This document shows, one piece after another, positions 29,177 through 37,891 of a DNA stretch of 64,000 nucleotides. Made by a program: the position numbers and the translations under genes. Source of the DNA: Patescibacteria group bacterium (lineage in GTDB: Bacteria > Patescibacteriota > Microgenomatia > UBA8517). The stretch's first letter is position 1, and each line of letters begins with the position of its first letter. The notes under the pieces were generated by a model. That model was given only the letters and a program-made list of their open reading frames with translations. It had not been told where the DNA came from and made no database searches. The stretch lies in the NCBI GenBank assembly GCA_041499035.1, contig JBGQJK010000003.1:1953-65952 (forward strand), read 5' to 3'.

Positions 29177-29203
29177 ACAACTCTCCACATTTTGGTATAA
29201 GAT
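29174..29203 (+). promoter_or_regulatory. sigma70 promoter of the xer gene
   Basis: TTGACA, 16 nt, then TATAAG(AT) preceded by TG. Confidence 0.6.
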
Positions 29204-29213
29204 CTTCTTAGTA

Positions 29214-30167
29214 ATGGCTGAGTCTGCTCATAACCAGTCTGAAATAGGAAGAAAAGTAAAAGACTTTCTGGAATATCTTCAAGTTGAGCGAGGCTCCTCT
29301 CCCCTAACGATCAGGAACTACAAACATTATCTAACGCGGTTTATGTTATGGATGGAAAGTCAAGGCATCCGCGAAGATTTACGCGACATTAATCAGGATA
29401 TGGTCCGTAGTTTCCGTGTTTATTTATCCAACTTGCCCGGGGAAAATAAGGCAACGCTGGCACGCCGGACCCAGGGTTATCACGTTATTGCCCTTCGGTC
29501 ATTTCTAAAATGGTTGATACGGAATGATTTTAGTGTTATGGCACCTGACAAAATCGATTTGCCGAAAGTGGAAGAAAGACAAGTCAAGTTTCTTTCCGGA
29601 GAAGAAGTGGACAGAATGCTTAATGCACCGTCCCTTGACTCAATTCAGGGAAAACGCGATAAAGCAATCTTGGAGGTGCTTTTTTCAACGGGACTCCGTG
29701 TTTCGGAACTTACCCGGCTCGACAGGGATAAAGTTAATTTGGATACCAAAGAGTTTGGCATTATCGGCAAGGGGGGCAAGGCCCGTGTGGTTTTCCTTTC
29801 GGGAAGGGCAACCGACTGGCTTATAAAATATTTAAATGAAAGGGTTGATCACTTTAAACCTTTATTCATTCATCATAAGGGCAAGTCCGACCCCACTACC
29901 CCGGATGAGCATATGCGCCTTACTCCCCGCTCGGTTCAAAGGATGATAAAAAAATATTCGCATAAAATGAAGATGCCGATGGAAGTTACCCCGCACGTTA
30001 TGCGCCATAGTTTTGCTACGGACCTTCTAAATGCCGGAGCGGATATCAGAAGCGTGCAGGAAATGCTGGGACACAAAAACATCTCAACTACCCAAATTTA
30101 TACCCATGTAACCAATAAGCAGCTTCGTGATGTTCATGCAGCTTTCCATGGGAAAGGGGGAAGTTAG
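29214..30167 (+). CDS. XerC/XerD-like tyrosine recombinase
   Basis: SAM-like N-domain (S..TIRNY, LRSFLKW), STGLRVSEL, GKGGK.R, TPHVMRHSFAT, MLGH..ISTTQIYTHV. Confidence 0.93.
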   Translation: MAESAHNQSEIGRKVKDFLEYLQVERGSSPLTIRNYKHYLTRFMLWMESQGIREDLRDINQDMVRSFRVYLSNLPGENKATLARRTQGYHVIALRSFLKWLIRNDFSVMAPDKIDLPKVEERQVKFLSGEEVDRMLNAPSLDSIQGKRDKAILEVLFSTGLRVSELTRLDRDKVNLDTKEFGIIGKGGKARVVFLSGRATDWLIKYLNERVDHFKPLFIHHKGKSDPTTPDEHMRLTPRSVQRMIKKYSHKMKMPMEVTPHVMRHSFATDLLNAGADIRSVQEMLGHKNISTTQIYTHVTNKQLRDVHAAFHGKGGS

Positions 30168-30619
30168 TCAAAAGGGTTAGCCTCTTCATCAAGCGGTGTT
30201 TCCTGCTCGGTATTAACCGCATTTTGCCTGGCCCGGAAGGTTATTTCTTCGGCGCTCCGAACTCTCCAACCCGCAGTACTTTTTTTCTTATGCGGATTAT
30301 CATAGATACTTTTGTTTTCGGTTTTGGTTTTGGGCCGCGGTTCTTTAGGATACAAGGCGTTTGGTGCACGGGAGTTATGATAATTACTGATGCGGGGCTG
30401 AAGAACTTTGTTTCCCTCTGCTAGCTCATTTAAAACTTCCGCGGCTTCGTGATAAGTCATATGGCCTTTAACAGCCAATATGGAAGTTCTATTGAATGTA
30501 TTGACGCCTTCCCCTTTAAGCTTTTGAATTTCATCGGGCTTAACCCCGATCTTGTAGGCTAGAACTTCCGCCGGAAGCTCTTCAATATTAAATACTTCTT
30601 CGTCTTTTCTGCGACTCAT
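30164..30619 (-). CDS. hypothetical protein
   Basis: 151-aa ORF abutting the cupin gene. Confidence 0.55.
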   Translation of the reverse strand: MSRRKDEEVFNIEELPAEVLAYKIGVKPDEIQKLKGEGVNTFNRTSILAVKGHMTYHEAAEVLNELAEGNKVLQPRISNYHNSRAPNALYPKEPRPKTKTENKSIYDNPHKKKSTAGWRVRSAEEITFRARQNAVNTEQETPLDEEANPFD

Positions 30620-31026
30620 TATTCTGAAGTTTTACCGTCGAATTCTTCATGACCCTCGTCAGCCGCGGCATCTACTTTAGTGGGATGGACTACATCCAGT
30701 CTGTGGTGGGCCGGAGAATAAACGGTATAAAGTTTCAGCTCAAAAGTTTTTGAAGTATTTATAATGTTATGTGATGACCCTGCGGGAACTACTATGCAAA
30801 ATCCAGCGCTAAATGTATAAACGTTGCCGTCGATTATGGCTTTACCCTCCCCGCTTTCGATCCGCAAAAACTGGTCGTTGTCGGGGTGTACCTCCATCCC
30901 GATTTCCTCCCCCGCCCTGAGACTCATCAAAACCAACTGGGAGTGATGTGCAGTATAAATAACTTTCCTGAAGTTACTGTTGCCGGTTGTCGCTTCTTCG
31001 AGATTAATTACAAAACCTTTGGCCAT
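30619..31026 (-). CDS. cupin domain protein
   Basis: SQLVLMSL..GEEIG.EVH...DQF, VPAG..HN, KLYTVYSP.HH. Confidence 0.88.
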   Translation of the reverse strand: MAKGFVINLEEATTGNSNFRKVIYTAHHSQLVLMSLRAGEEIGMEVHPDNDQFLRIESGEGKAIIDGNVYTFSAGFCIVVPAGSSHNIINTSKTFELKLYTVYSPAHHRLDVVHPTKVDAAADEGHEEFDGKTSE

Positions 31027-31035
31027 GAAATATTC

Positions 31036-31674
31036 TTAATTGCATTTCAGTGCGGCACGGCACTGGGTCTTACTATCACCCGTAAGACTGTCGCAATAAG
31101 AACATTGTGAAGAGGAGGAGCTTCCACCGGAAGTCCCTTGCTGTGTGGGAACATTAAATGATTGGAATGTAACGCCTGTGGGAAGATTAAACATGGTGGC
31201 ATCGACTACCCAGGGCCCGCAGTTGTAATTCATGTTTGCACTTGGGTCAACCGCTCCACTTGGCGCCTTTGCCGCAGTAGAACCCGTGGCGGGTGTTGCA
31301 TTCGGATCAAAACTCATTTTAAAGCCCGTCTTTTGGCCGTCCGTCCACATATAACTTGTGCTGTCCATGACAATCATATGGGATTTTGTAGCAACGCTAT
31401 TTACAGTTACGTCGAAGTCCCCCCTTACTTTGCCTCCGCTTGTATAAACCGCCCCGGTACTACCCGCGTTACTGTAAGTACAGCTCTGGGCAACACCTTT
31501 ACCAAGAATATCTTTTAAAGTCCCGACTGCTGAAGTGGTTTGCTGTTGATTTCCGTTTCCACCCGAGGTTTCGGTTGCCGGTGTCGTCGCCCTTTTCTTT
31601 CCGGACATGAAGTACCAGCCACCCAAAAGTAAAAGAAGTAGTACTGCAACTATCACCAATACTTTCTTGTTCAT
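31036..31674 (-). CDS. membrane-anchored secreted protein with Cys-rich C-terminus
   Basis: Start reassigned to MNKKVL (ATG 31674, TATAAT 7 nt upstream); TM anchor; C..C.......C....C end. Confidence 0.7.
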   Translation of the reverse strand: MNKKVLVIVAVLLLLLLGGWYFMSGKKRATTPATETSGGNGNQQQTTSAVGTLKDILGKGVAQSCTYSNAGSTGAVYTSGGKVRGDFDVTVNSVATKSHMIVMDSTSYMWTDGQKTGFKMSFDPNATPATGSTAAKAPSGAVDPSANMNYNCGPWVVDATMFNLPTGVTFQSFNVPTQQGTSGGSSSSSQCSYCDSLTGDSKTQCRAALKCN

Positions 31675-31702
31675 TAGTGCTATTATACTATTCATATATA
31701 CC

Positions 31703-32095
31703 ATGTCAACCAAAAAGTTGAAGCAGGAATATGAGATTGCAGCTCCCCTCTCCAGTGTTTGGAAAGCTTTAACCGACACCAAAGTTATAAATAAATGGGG
31801 TGGCGGACCCGCTAAAATGAAGCCGGAAGTTGGTTTTAAATTCAGCTTTTGGGGCGGAGATATTACCGGAAGCAATACGAAAGTGATTTCGATGAAACAA
31901 CTTAATCAGGATTGGATGGCGGGAAAATGGGACGAGTTTTCCAAAGTCGTTTTTAAACTTTCTAACAAAGCCGGTGTAACAACTGTAGTTCTAACTCAGA
32001 CAGGCATCCCTTTCAAAGAGTTTAAAGATATAGCCGACGGTTGGGACCGATATTACTTTGGTGAGATAAAGAAACTGCTGGAAAGCAAACTATAG
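31703..32095 (+). CDS. SRPBCC/AHSA1 domain protein
   Basis: AP...VWKALTD.....W.G, G..F, L.Q.W, GW..YYF; start MSTKK at 31703. Confidence 0.8.
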   Translation: MSTKKLKQEYEIAAPLSSVWKALTDTKVINKWGGGPAKMKPEVGFKFSFWGGDITGSNTKVISMKQLNQDWMAGKWDEFSKVVFKLSNKAGVTTVVLTQTGIPFKEFKDIADGWDRYYFGEIKKLLESKL

Positions 32096-32116
32096 AGGCT
32101 GTTGTATAATAACTCC

Positions 32117-32374
32117 ATGACGGAAAACCTAGCCATGAATATCCAAAAAATGTGCGCCGGCTGCCCGTTTCAATCTCCGGAAAACGGTTGTTCTCATGTT
32201 GAGATTGGCGAGGCCGGACAATTAAGGCGGGCGGAAAAAGGAATGTGTGAGGACGCAGCAGTTTATGACGCCTCACGTATTGTGCGATCGGCTTACAGGA
32301 TTTTGATCCGCAACCAATGGACATCGGTACGGATCAGTGATATTTTCTACGTTGGGCAAAAGTCTAGCTCCTAG
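32117..32374 (+). CDS. hypothetical Cys-containing protein
   Basis: CAGCPF...C; TATAAT 6 nt before ATG 32117. Confidence 0.55.
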   Translation: MTENLAMNIQKMCAGCPFQSPENGCSHVEIGEAGQLRRAEKGMCEDAAVYDASRIVRSAYRILIRNQWTSVRISDIFYVGQKSSS

Positions 32375-32376
32375 TG

Positions 32377-32691
32377 TCACGTTTTGATTTTGTTACGTAT
32401 GGAGTTTCCCACAAAGGCAGCGATTAATCCGCAGAGGGCTCCGAAAATCCCAAGGAGAAAAAAGAACCCGAGTTTTGTGTAAACCGGATCGGTTCCCGCA
32501 TAACCGTGAAACATAAACATTAGTGAAGCAACAAACCCGAAAATTGCGCCGCTCCTAAGAGCCGCATTCCTGTTTTTGGAAAAATACCCCAGGACTAATC
32601 CTGTAATCCCCCAGGGAAGGAGTATCCAAACCGGCCCGCCAAGTAGCCCCAAAATTAACCCGACCGCAACCGCTGCTATCAAAAGGTACAT
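32377..32691 (-). CDS. small membrane protein
   Basis: Four Gly-rich hydrophobic segments. Confidence 0.65.
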   Translation of the reverse strand: MYLLIAAVAVGLILGLLGGPVWILLPWGITGLVLGYFSKNRNAALRSGAIFGFVASLMFMFHGYAGTDPVYTKLGFFFLLGIFGALCGLIAAFVGNSIRNKIKT

Positions 32692-32760
32692 ATATAAATT
32701 GTAACACCGGCTACAAGACTTGATATTGAAAAATATATTTTTCGGTGGTAAATTAAATTA

Positions 32761-32961
32761 ATGGACGTAGAAAAACACAAAAATTGGAAAGGAATGCATA
32801 GCGGAGGCGGAAATGCAGTTTACGGCTTGGGTTTTATCGGGGCTTTAATTTATTACATTCAGAATGCAACAAATTTTATGGACGGAGTTATCGGGTTTCT
32901 TAAAGCCCTAGTCTGGCCCGCCTTCCTGATTCACAAAGTCTTCACAATTCTGGGGATGTAA
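32761..32961 (+). CDS. small membrane protein
   Basis: YGLGFIGALIYYIQ.A..F..G..GFLKALVWPAFL, two-helix pattern. Confidence 0.7.
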   Translation: MDVEKHKNWKGMHSGGGNAVYGLGFIGALIYYIQNATNFMDGVIGFLKALVWPAFLIHKVFTILGM

Positions 32962-32969
32962 TGAAGTTA

Positions 32970-33188
32970 TTATTCTGATTCTTTTCCTTTTTTCGGATGG
33001 TTTTGTTCAATGAGATTTCTGGTTCGATATAAAAGCGCTTCCCTTTTCGTAACTTTGTATCCCTTTGCACCAGCGATTATGTCTAAGAAAATATCTCCGG
33101 ACAGAGACTTAAGATCTGCCATTGCTTTGGCAACCAAATAGGCTGTGCCTTCACCGTTTGAATCGCTTCCTCCCTCGCCAACTGCCAT
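32970..33188 (-). CDS. hypothetical protein
   Basis: 72-aa ORF with a GGAG-like element upstream. Confidence 0.45.
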   Translation of the reverse strand: MAVGEGGSDSNGEGTAYLVAKAMADLKSLSGDIFLDIIAGAKGYKVTKREALLYRTRNLIEQNHPKKGKESE

Positions 33189-33221
33189 AACACTTAAATC
33201 CTACTCCAAATTCCTCAAAGG

Positions 33222-33719
33222 TCAAATTTGGGGTTTTGGATTTCTAAACTTCTTTACTAGAAACCATGTAGGTAAACCGATTACAATTCCAAGGAAGGCT
33301 AGTGTGCCAAGTGTCTCCCCTGTTGTTAACCGTGCTGGTGATGGGCTTGGGGAATTTTCCGTTAATGCGCCTTTAACTTCTGGTGAAGGAGTAGGCGAAG
33401 TGACCGGGGTTGACGTTTCTGTAGGCGTAGAAGTTGGAGTGATTGTTGCAATAACACTTATAGTCGCTTTTGGGGTTGAAACAATAAGAGGCCTTGAAGT
33501 AGCTGGGGCTAGGTAAATCGGTTGTGAGCATTGTGGGTAATATGGCGCGCAAGTATCTGAGAGCGGAGTTCCGTCACAACACCCACAGCCGCAAACTCCG
33601 CTATGGTGGGAGCAGCAACCACTTCTTGCAAATAAGTTCGTAGGATAAGTAAGCGAGAAGGCGAAAAGAATAATAAAAGATGTAAACAGGGGCAGGAGCC
33701 GAAACCCCTGGAATTTCAT
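33222..33719 (-). CDS. secreted protein with Cys/His motif, PT linker and C-terminal TM
   Basis: Signal peptide, RSGCCSHHSGVCGC..CDGTPLS..C, TPT repeats, TM plus basic tail. Confidence 0.75.
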   Translation of the reverse strand: MKFQGFRLLPLFTSFIILFAFSLTYPTNLFARSGCCSHHSGVCGCGCCDGTPLSDTCAPYYPQCSQPIYLAPATSRPLIVSTPKATISVIATITPTSTPTETSTPVTSPTPSPEVKGALTENSPSPSPARLTTGETLGTLAFLGIVIGLPTWFLVKKFRNPKPQI

Positions 33720-33804
33720 GTATTTGCCCGAATAGTAGTCCTAAATCTCATCAAGGTCAAATTCAGCTCTATTTTAGGACTTTTGGCCTAAAAGTGGGCT
33801 AGTT

Positions 33805-34062
33805 TTAGGTTTTGATGCGCTTGACTGTTCCGTGGTTAATAAAGACCGCAGGCATACCTTTGACCACTTTGATTCTGCCGATTCTTAGTTTGCACTCCGG
33901 GCAAAATACATCGGTTCCTGTCGGCAAATCCCCCACTCCCACGTAATCCTTGCCGATCCGCTGTATATAGCACTTCATGAGAAATCCCGGCTTCATTTTT
34001 ATATACCGGCCAAAGAGGATGTGCCCATTTTTGCAGTAAACGTCAATTGTTTTAATACTCAT
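33805..34062 (-). CDS. small zinc-ribbon-like protein
   Basis: C..GH ... CPEC; leaderless-type promoter. Confidence 0.6.
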   Translation of the reverse strand: MSIKTIDVYCKNGHILFGRYIKMKPGFLMKCYIQRIGKDYVGVGDLPTGTDVFCPECKLRIGRIKVVKGMPAVFINHGTVKRIKT

Positions 34063-34122
34063 TTGAAGCTATTTTAGCACTTCACCTGAGGTTTTCCTTA
34101 CTTTAGGAGTTTTTCTTGAAAT

Positions 34123-34665
34123 TTATAGTTCTTTTCGCCAGACTTGTGCGTCACCTGTTGGTCCATACATTTGAATAGCCACTCCACATCTTTCATAACC
34201 GACACTGTCATAAAACCCCCAACCCGAGCTTTCGTAGCGCGGGCCACTATTTAAAATTATTTCGGTATAATCATTTTTTCTGGCCTGTTCCTCCAACCTA
34301 GCGACAAGTACCGAACCAACCCCTTTGCCTTTCCGCATGTCTGGTCTAACAAAGGCATTAACAAGTTCAATAGGATTTTCTGTTTTAGAAAATCTACGCA
34401 TAACTTCATTTGGCTTTCTAGTTCCTACCACTCCTATTATTTCCCCACCTTCCTCAGCCACTAAATATTTTCTGTCGTTAGCGCCCGTTGCACTTTTTCC
34501 CATATAATCTAGCGTCTCGGAGATTTCATCTGTCAGAATCTCTCCGTTGAACCTATCTCTGACCCAAACAGTCATAATTGATTTTAGAAAAGGTAAGTCG
34601 GTGAGTTTTAAAGGACGAATATTACCGTGGAATTGACCCTTTTCTTTAACGTGAGTTTCTGGCAT
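34123..34665 (-). CDS. GNAT family N-acetyltransferase
   Basis: LVAE....IIG, FV.P..RKGKGVGS.L, FY...GY. Confidence 0.85.
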   Translation of the reverse strand: MPETHVKEKGQFHGNIRPLKLTDLPFLKSIMTVWVRDRFNGEILTDEISETLDYMGKSATGANDRKYLVAEEGGEIIGVVGTRKPNEVMRRFSKTENPIELVNAFVRPDMRKGKGVGSVLVARLEEQARKNDYTEIILNSGPRYESSGWGFYDSVGYERCGVAIQMYGPTGDAQVWRKEL

Positions 34666-34730
34666 GTTGCCTATTTTAGCACTTCTTTTGTAGACTTAGC
34701 ACTTTCTTGGAATTTGAGAAGTACTGGTTA

Positions 34731-34973
34731 TTATTGCTTGTTTTCCTTATTTCTGAAGATTTCGTCCTTATACCAATCGTAGGCATATCTTGCTGCGTTG
34801 ACAATTATTACTGCAGGGATACCAACATATAAAGTTGCAAAAGCGAAAAAGGTTACAAGCTCTTTAATTGCCATGGGGTTTCCCTCAATTGCTTGTTTGG
34901 TGGCAATAGCCCCGGCACCCAACTCTGCAAGACCAATAGCTGTAATTTCAGGGATATGCTTTCTGATCTCCAT
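34731..34973 (-). CDS. small membrane protein
   Basis: Two hydrophobic segments. Confidence 0.5.
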   Translation of the reverse strand: MEIRKHIPEITAIGLAELGAGAIATKQAIEGNPMAIKELVTFFAFATLYVGIPAVIIVNAARYAYDWYKDEIFRNKENKQ

Positions 34974-35058
34974 TTTTATTTAGACAAGGTCATATTACTA
35001 TAAATTCTTAAAAGGTCAAATTATTGACAGCCCGGCTTCCACGGTATTTAATGAAGAC

Positions 35059-35319
35059 ATGACATTAACAAATAGTGACTTTAAGGGTATAAAAGAGGTT
35101 GTCAACGAGGCAATTGAAGAAAATGAGACTTTGGTCAGAAAGGATGATATAAAACACCTTCCTACAAAAGAAGAGTTTTATAACAAAATGGATGAAGTGA
35201 TGGGAGAACTTAAAACAGTCCGGGAAGAGCATACATTGCTTTCCGGCAGAGTTTACGATAACCATGAGCCCAGAATTGAGAACATAGAAAAGAAATTAAA
35301 TCTTCAGCTGGCAGTTTAG
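35059..35319 (+). CDS. small coiled-coil protein
   Basis: LVRKDD..HLPTKEEF, heptads, HEPRIENIE; TTGACA upstream. Confidence 0.7.
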   Translation: MTLTNSDFKGIKEVVNEAIEENETLVRKDDIKHLPTKEEFYNKMDEVMGELKTVREEHTLLSGRVYDNHEPRIENIEKKLNLQLAV

Positions 35320-35347
35320 AGACTCCACTTGATATACAATAGATAAG

Positions 35348-35635
35348 GTGCAGGACAGGCTTAAATTCCGGATAGGCAAAGACACTTTGGCTAAATTTGT
35401 AGTTAGTGCTTTTGAAGAAGATCCTTACTCCAAGCAGGTTGTGACTTTGGAAAATGTAGGTAAGCCTGTTGGACATTTTACAATATCGATAGTTAACGAG
35501 GCTGACAATTCTTTTTTCCAGATTGAACAAATCAATCCCCCGGAACTTGACACGGTGTTTAAGGCGTTTGAAGCGTTTAAAGTAGAAAACTCCACGGAGG
35601 TTATCTATCGTGTCCTGATCCCCAGACAAGATTAA
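35348..35635 (+). CDS. hypothetical protein
   Basis: 95-aa ORF, TACAAT 7 nt before the GTG. Confidence 0.55.
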   Translation: MQDRLKFRIGKDTLAKFVVSAFEEDPYSKQVVTLENVGKPVGHFTISIVNEADNSFFQIEQINPPELDTVFKAFEAFKVENSTEVIYRVLIPRQD

Positions 35636-35658
35636 TTTGATTATTATCAAATTGCGGA

Positions 35659-35922
35659 TTATTTTCTTTTTTTGAGCCACCAGGTTTTGAGGAGACCCAG
35701 GGAAAATGTGGAAACTATGTAGGCTTCGGTCGGGACAAATGCGGCCAAGAACGGTTTATCTATTTTTAACATATAAAACAAAGTTGCGACCACAATGTAA
35801 GTTGCGACCGCAACGGAAATCCGCCGGACCCAGCTTGTTTCCCAGGCTTTATCCCCTTCCACTTTACGGTTCCTTGCCTTAATTTTCTCAACTTCTTTTT
35901 CCAAACTTTCGATTCCAGTCAT
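35659..35922 (-). CDS. small two-TM membrane protein
   Basis: RN.KVE.DKAWETSW.RR followed by two TMs. Confidence 0.7.
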   Translation of the reverse strand: MTGIESLEKEVEKIKARNRKVEGDKAWETSWVRRISVAVATYIVVATLFYMLKIDKPFLAAFVPTEAYIVSTFSLGLLKTWWLKKRK

Positions 35923-35980
35923 GAAGCAATTTTAGCATATTAACTTGTTTTTGCCCCATAGTTGAATTACAATCCCGCTT

Positions 35981-36469
35981 ATGGAAACACGGGTGGTATA
36001 CACATTAGCTATATTGGGAGCGCTTGGGGTTGGTGCATATTTTGCTTTGAGACCGAAAGGCAGTTTGCCTCCTGAGAGTCTAATTCCTCCGCAAGACAAA
36101 AGTTCAGATCAGACTCCTCCCATCCAAAATGCCGGCCTTGCAACTTTGGCCCCCACGGAATCCGGACGAAACGGCAACGGTTCTACGAAAGTAAATGGAA
36201 TGACAGGCGCAGTATACCCGGTAGTACCTGATCCTGAAGGCAGGAATAGAGAGTGTTTGGGAGTGGGAGCATATAGTGTCGGAAATCCGGTAACCGTTGA
36301 CGGTGCGGCGGTAGCTGAGGGTTCGGACAACAGCGTTTATATTGATGCTGAAGGCGACATTTATTCAAAAGGGGTAAAAATTGGAAGTTGGAATAGGAGT
36401 GCTTTGCCAAGTAATGAACAATTTGGACACACTAAGCCTGAGGACAAGATTGTTGTTTGCGCAAACTGA
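35981..36469 (+). CDS. membrane-anchored hypothetical protein
   Basis: N-terminal TM, Pro-rich linker. Confidence 0.6.
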   Translation: METRVVYTLAILGALGVGAYFALRPKGSLPPESLIPPQDKSSDQTPPIQNAGLATLAPTESGRNGNGSTKVNGMTGAVYPVVPDPEGRNRECLGVGAYSVGNPVTVDGAAVAEGSDNSVYIDAEGDIYSKGVKIGSWNRSALPSNEQFGHTKPEDKIVVCAN

Positions 36470-36506
36470 TTAGGGACTGCAGTGGGGCCAGAGACTGCGC
36501 TTTGTA

Positions 36507-36815
36507 TTAAGTAAGGAGTTTCGCGCGGTGAGTAAGAATATTTCCCCAAGTCATCATACTTTCGGCCCAAACCGAAGGGTCTTTTGGTCCGTGTAAACCC
36601 TCTTTTTGAAGTAATGGATACTGATTTGTAAAACTGCTGAAAGTTCCTGCAAAAGCAGCTGGAAGTGTTGAAGAATTTAAGTCCTGAATATAACTTGACG
36701 TGTTAACTAAAAACGTTTTTATTCTCTCTTTTTTACCTAAGTAATCATCAGCTGCCCAGTTTCCTACTCTGTTAAGATTCATTGCAATATCCAATATTTT
36801 GGCCTTGTTATTCAT
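36507..36815 (-). CDS. hypothetical helical protein
   Basis: 102-aa ORF starting 1 nt after the upstream stop. Confidence 0.6.
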   Translation of the reverse strand: MNNKAKILDIAMNLNRVGNWAADDYLGKKERIKTFLVNTSSYIQDLNSSTLPAAFAGTFSSFTNQYPLLQKEGLHGPKDPSVWAESMMTWGNILTHRAKLLT

Positions 36816-36816
36816 A

Positions 36817-37155
36817 TTATTTCAAAAGTTTTCCTACTATTGCATCAAATCTTTTTCTTATACCAAGAGAAAGGATATCCCGGGACGGATTATTATCCTT
36901 GGGCCGGAGATTTATTATTGAATTGTAGTCAACTTCGTTTGTTTTAACATCGAATCCCCCGCCCCAGAGATTTTTCTGTGAAGAACCATTATTGAGTAGA
37001 GCCTGTTCCTCATCAAAATGCCTGTCTCCTCCGCCCGAGAGAATTTCCTTTTCAATGTCTACCACGACTTTTATATATCCGTCGAAACGTTTAGCCATTT
37101 CTGCTATTTGTTCTTTTGAAGCTCTACCCGTGATAATCATATTCTTAAAACCCAC
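36817..37155 (-). CDS. DUF5674-like protein
   Basis: KVVVDIEK.IL..GG..H.D.E..LL..GS.Q.NLWG...SIINLRP..NN.S; family recalled from pattern. Confidence 0.65.
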   Translation of the reverse strand: MGFKNMIITGRASKEQIAEMAKRFDGYIKVVVDIEKEILSGGGDRHFDEEQALLNNGSSQKNLWGGGFDVKTNEVDYNSIINLRPKDNNPSRDILSLGIRKRFDAIVGKLLK

Positions 37156-37172
37156 TTATTCTAACATACCAT

Positions 37173-37697
37173 TTATGGGTAGCAGTGGGGCCAGAGGCTG
37201 CGCTCCCCAATGCTTACGGCATATGAAGCGGTTTGGACTGCTTCTTCCGCATTAGCCCTTAGAGACAGATTCGGGTCCTCCCCCATTTTGATTCTTAAAT
37301 TTTTCCAGGTAGTTGCGTCGAACTGGAAAAGGCCCAAGTAGACGGAATTTTTTGCAGAAGGATTAAATCCCGATTCACAAATCGCAATCGCGCGTATTAC
37401 ATTTGGGTCAACTCCATATTGCCCCGCAAAGCGGTTTGTGAATTCATAAATTTCTGCGGATGTAAACGTAGGTTGTGGAATTGGAGTCGGAGTTGGTTTG
37501 GGCGTAGGTTTTTTGGTTGGAGTCGGTGACGGGGATGGCGTTGGTGAAGGGGTATCAGTTGGCATTGATGTTGGGCTTGACGAAGACGTTGCTTCCGCCA
37601 TAACTTTTTTCTCTTCATTCGGGCGATTCATAATATACAAAGTCACAACTTCTCCGAATAGAACGAGAAGGAGGATAGACAAAATGAAGTTTTTCAT
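37173..37697 (-). CDS. lytic transglycosylase (SLT-like) with TM anchor and PT linker
   Basis: YGVD...I.AIAICESGFNP.A, GLFQF...TW, W..C; start MKNF at 37697. Confidence 0.8.
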   Translation of the reverse strand: MKNFILSILLLVLFGEVVTLYIMNRPNEEKKVMAEATSSSSPTSMPTDTPSPTPSPSPTPTKKPTPKPTPTPIPQPTFTSAEIYEFTNRFAGQYGVDPNVIRAIAICESGFNPSAKNSVYLGLFQFDATTWKNLRIKMGEDPNLSLRANAEEAVQTASYAVSIGERSLWPHCYP

Positions 37698-37713
37698 ACG
37701 GGTAATTCTAGCA

Positions 37714-37854
37714 CTACTTTCCTCTGTGCTTGAAGTATTCAACCTGCTGAAGTCTGTGGACCGCGTCTTCCCGTTTTTTGTAAGGGCCCCCGAGATGCTT
37801 ACGGCTGGTTCTTCCGATTACGTAATAGCCTTCCTTCCGTTTAATTATCACCAT
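37714..37854 (-). CDS. 46-aa basic small protein (below ORF-track cutoff)
   Basis: Manual translation MVIIKRKEGYYVIGRTSRKHLGGPYKKREDAVHRLQQVEYFKHRGK; TATAAT just upstream; fills the gap. Confidence 0.65.
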   Translation of the reverse strand: MVIIKRKEGYYVIGRTSRKHLGGPYKKREDAVHRLQQVEYFKHRGK

Positions 37855-37891
37855 TCATTATAACAGCCATTTTTTTGATATAATCCCTAAC

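Noticed and set aside
28438-29180. ORF-track entries 28438-28629 (+) and 28938-29180 (-) as genes
   Set aside because: No recognisable protein features; the first lies within the base-paired element, the second is antisense across the xer promoter
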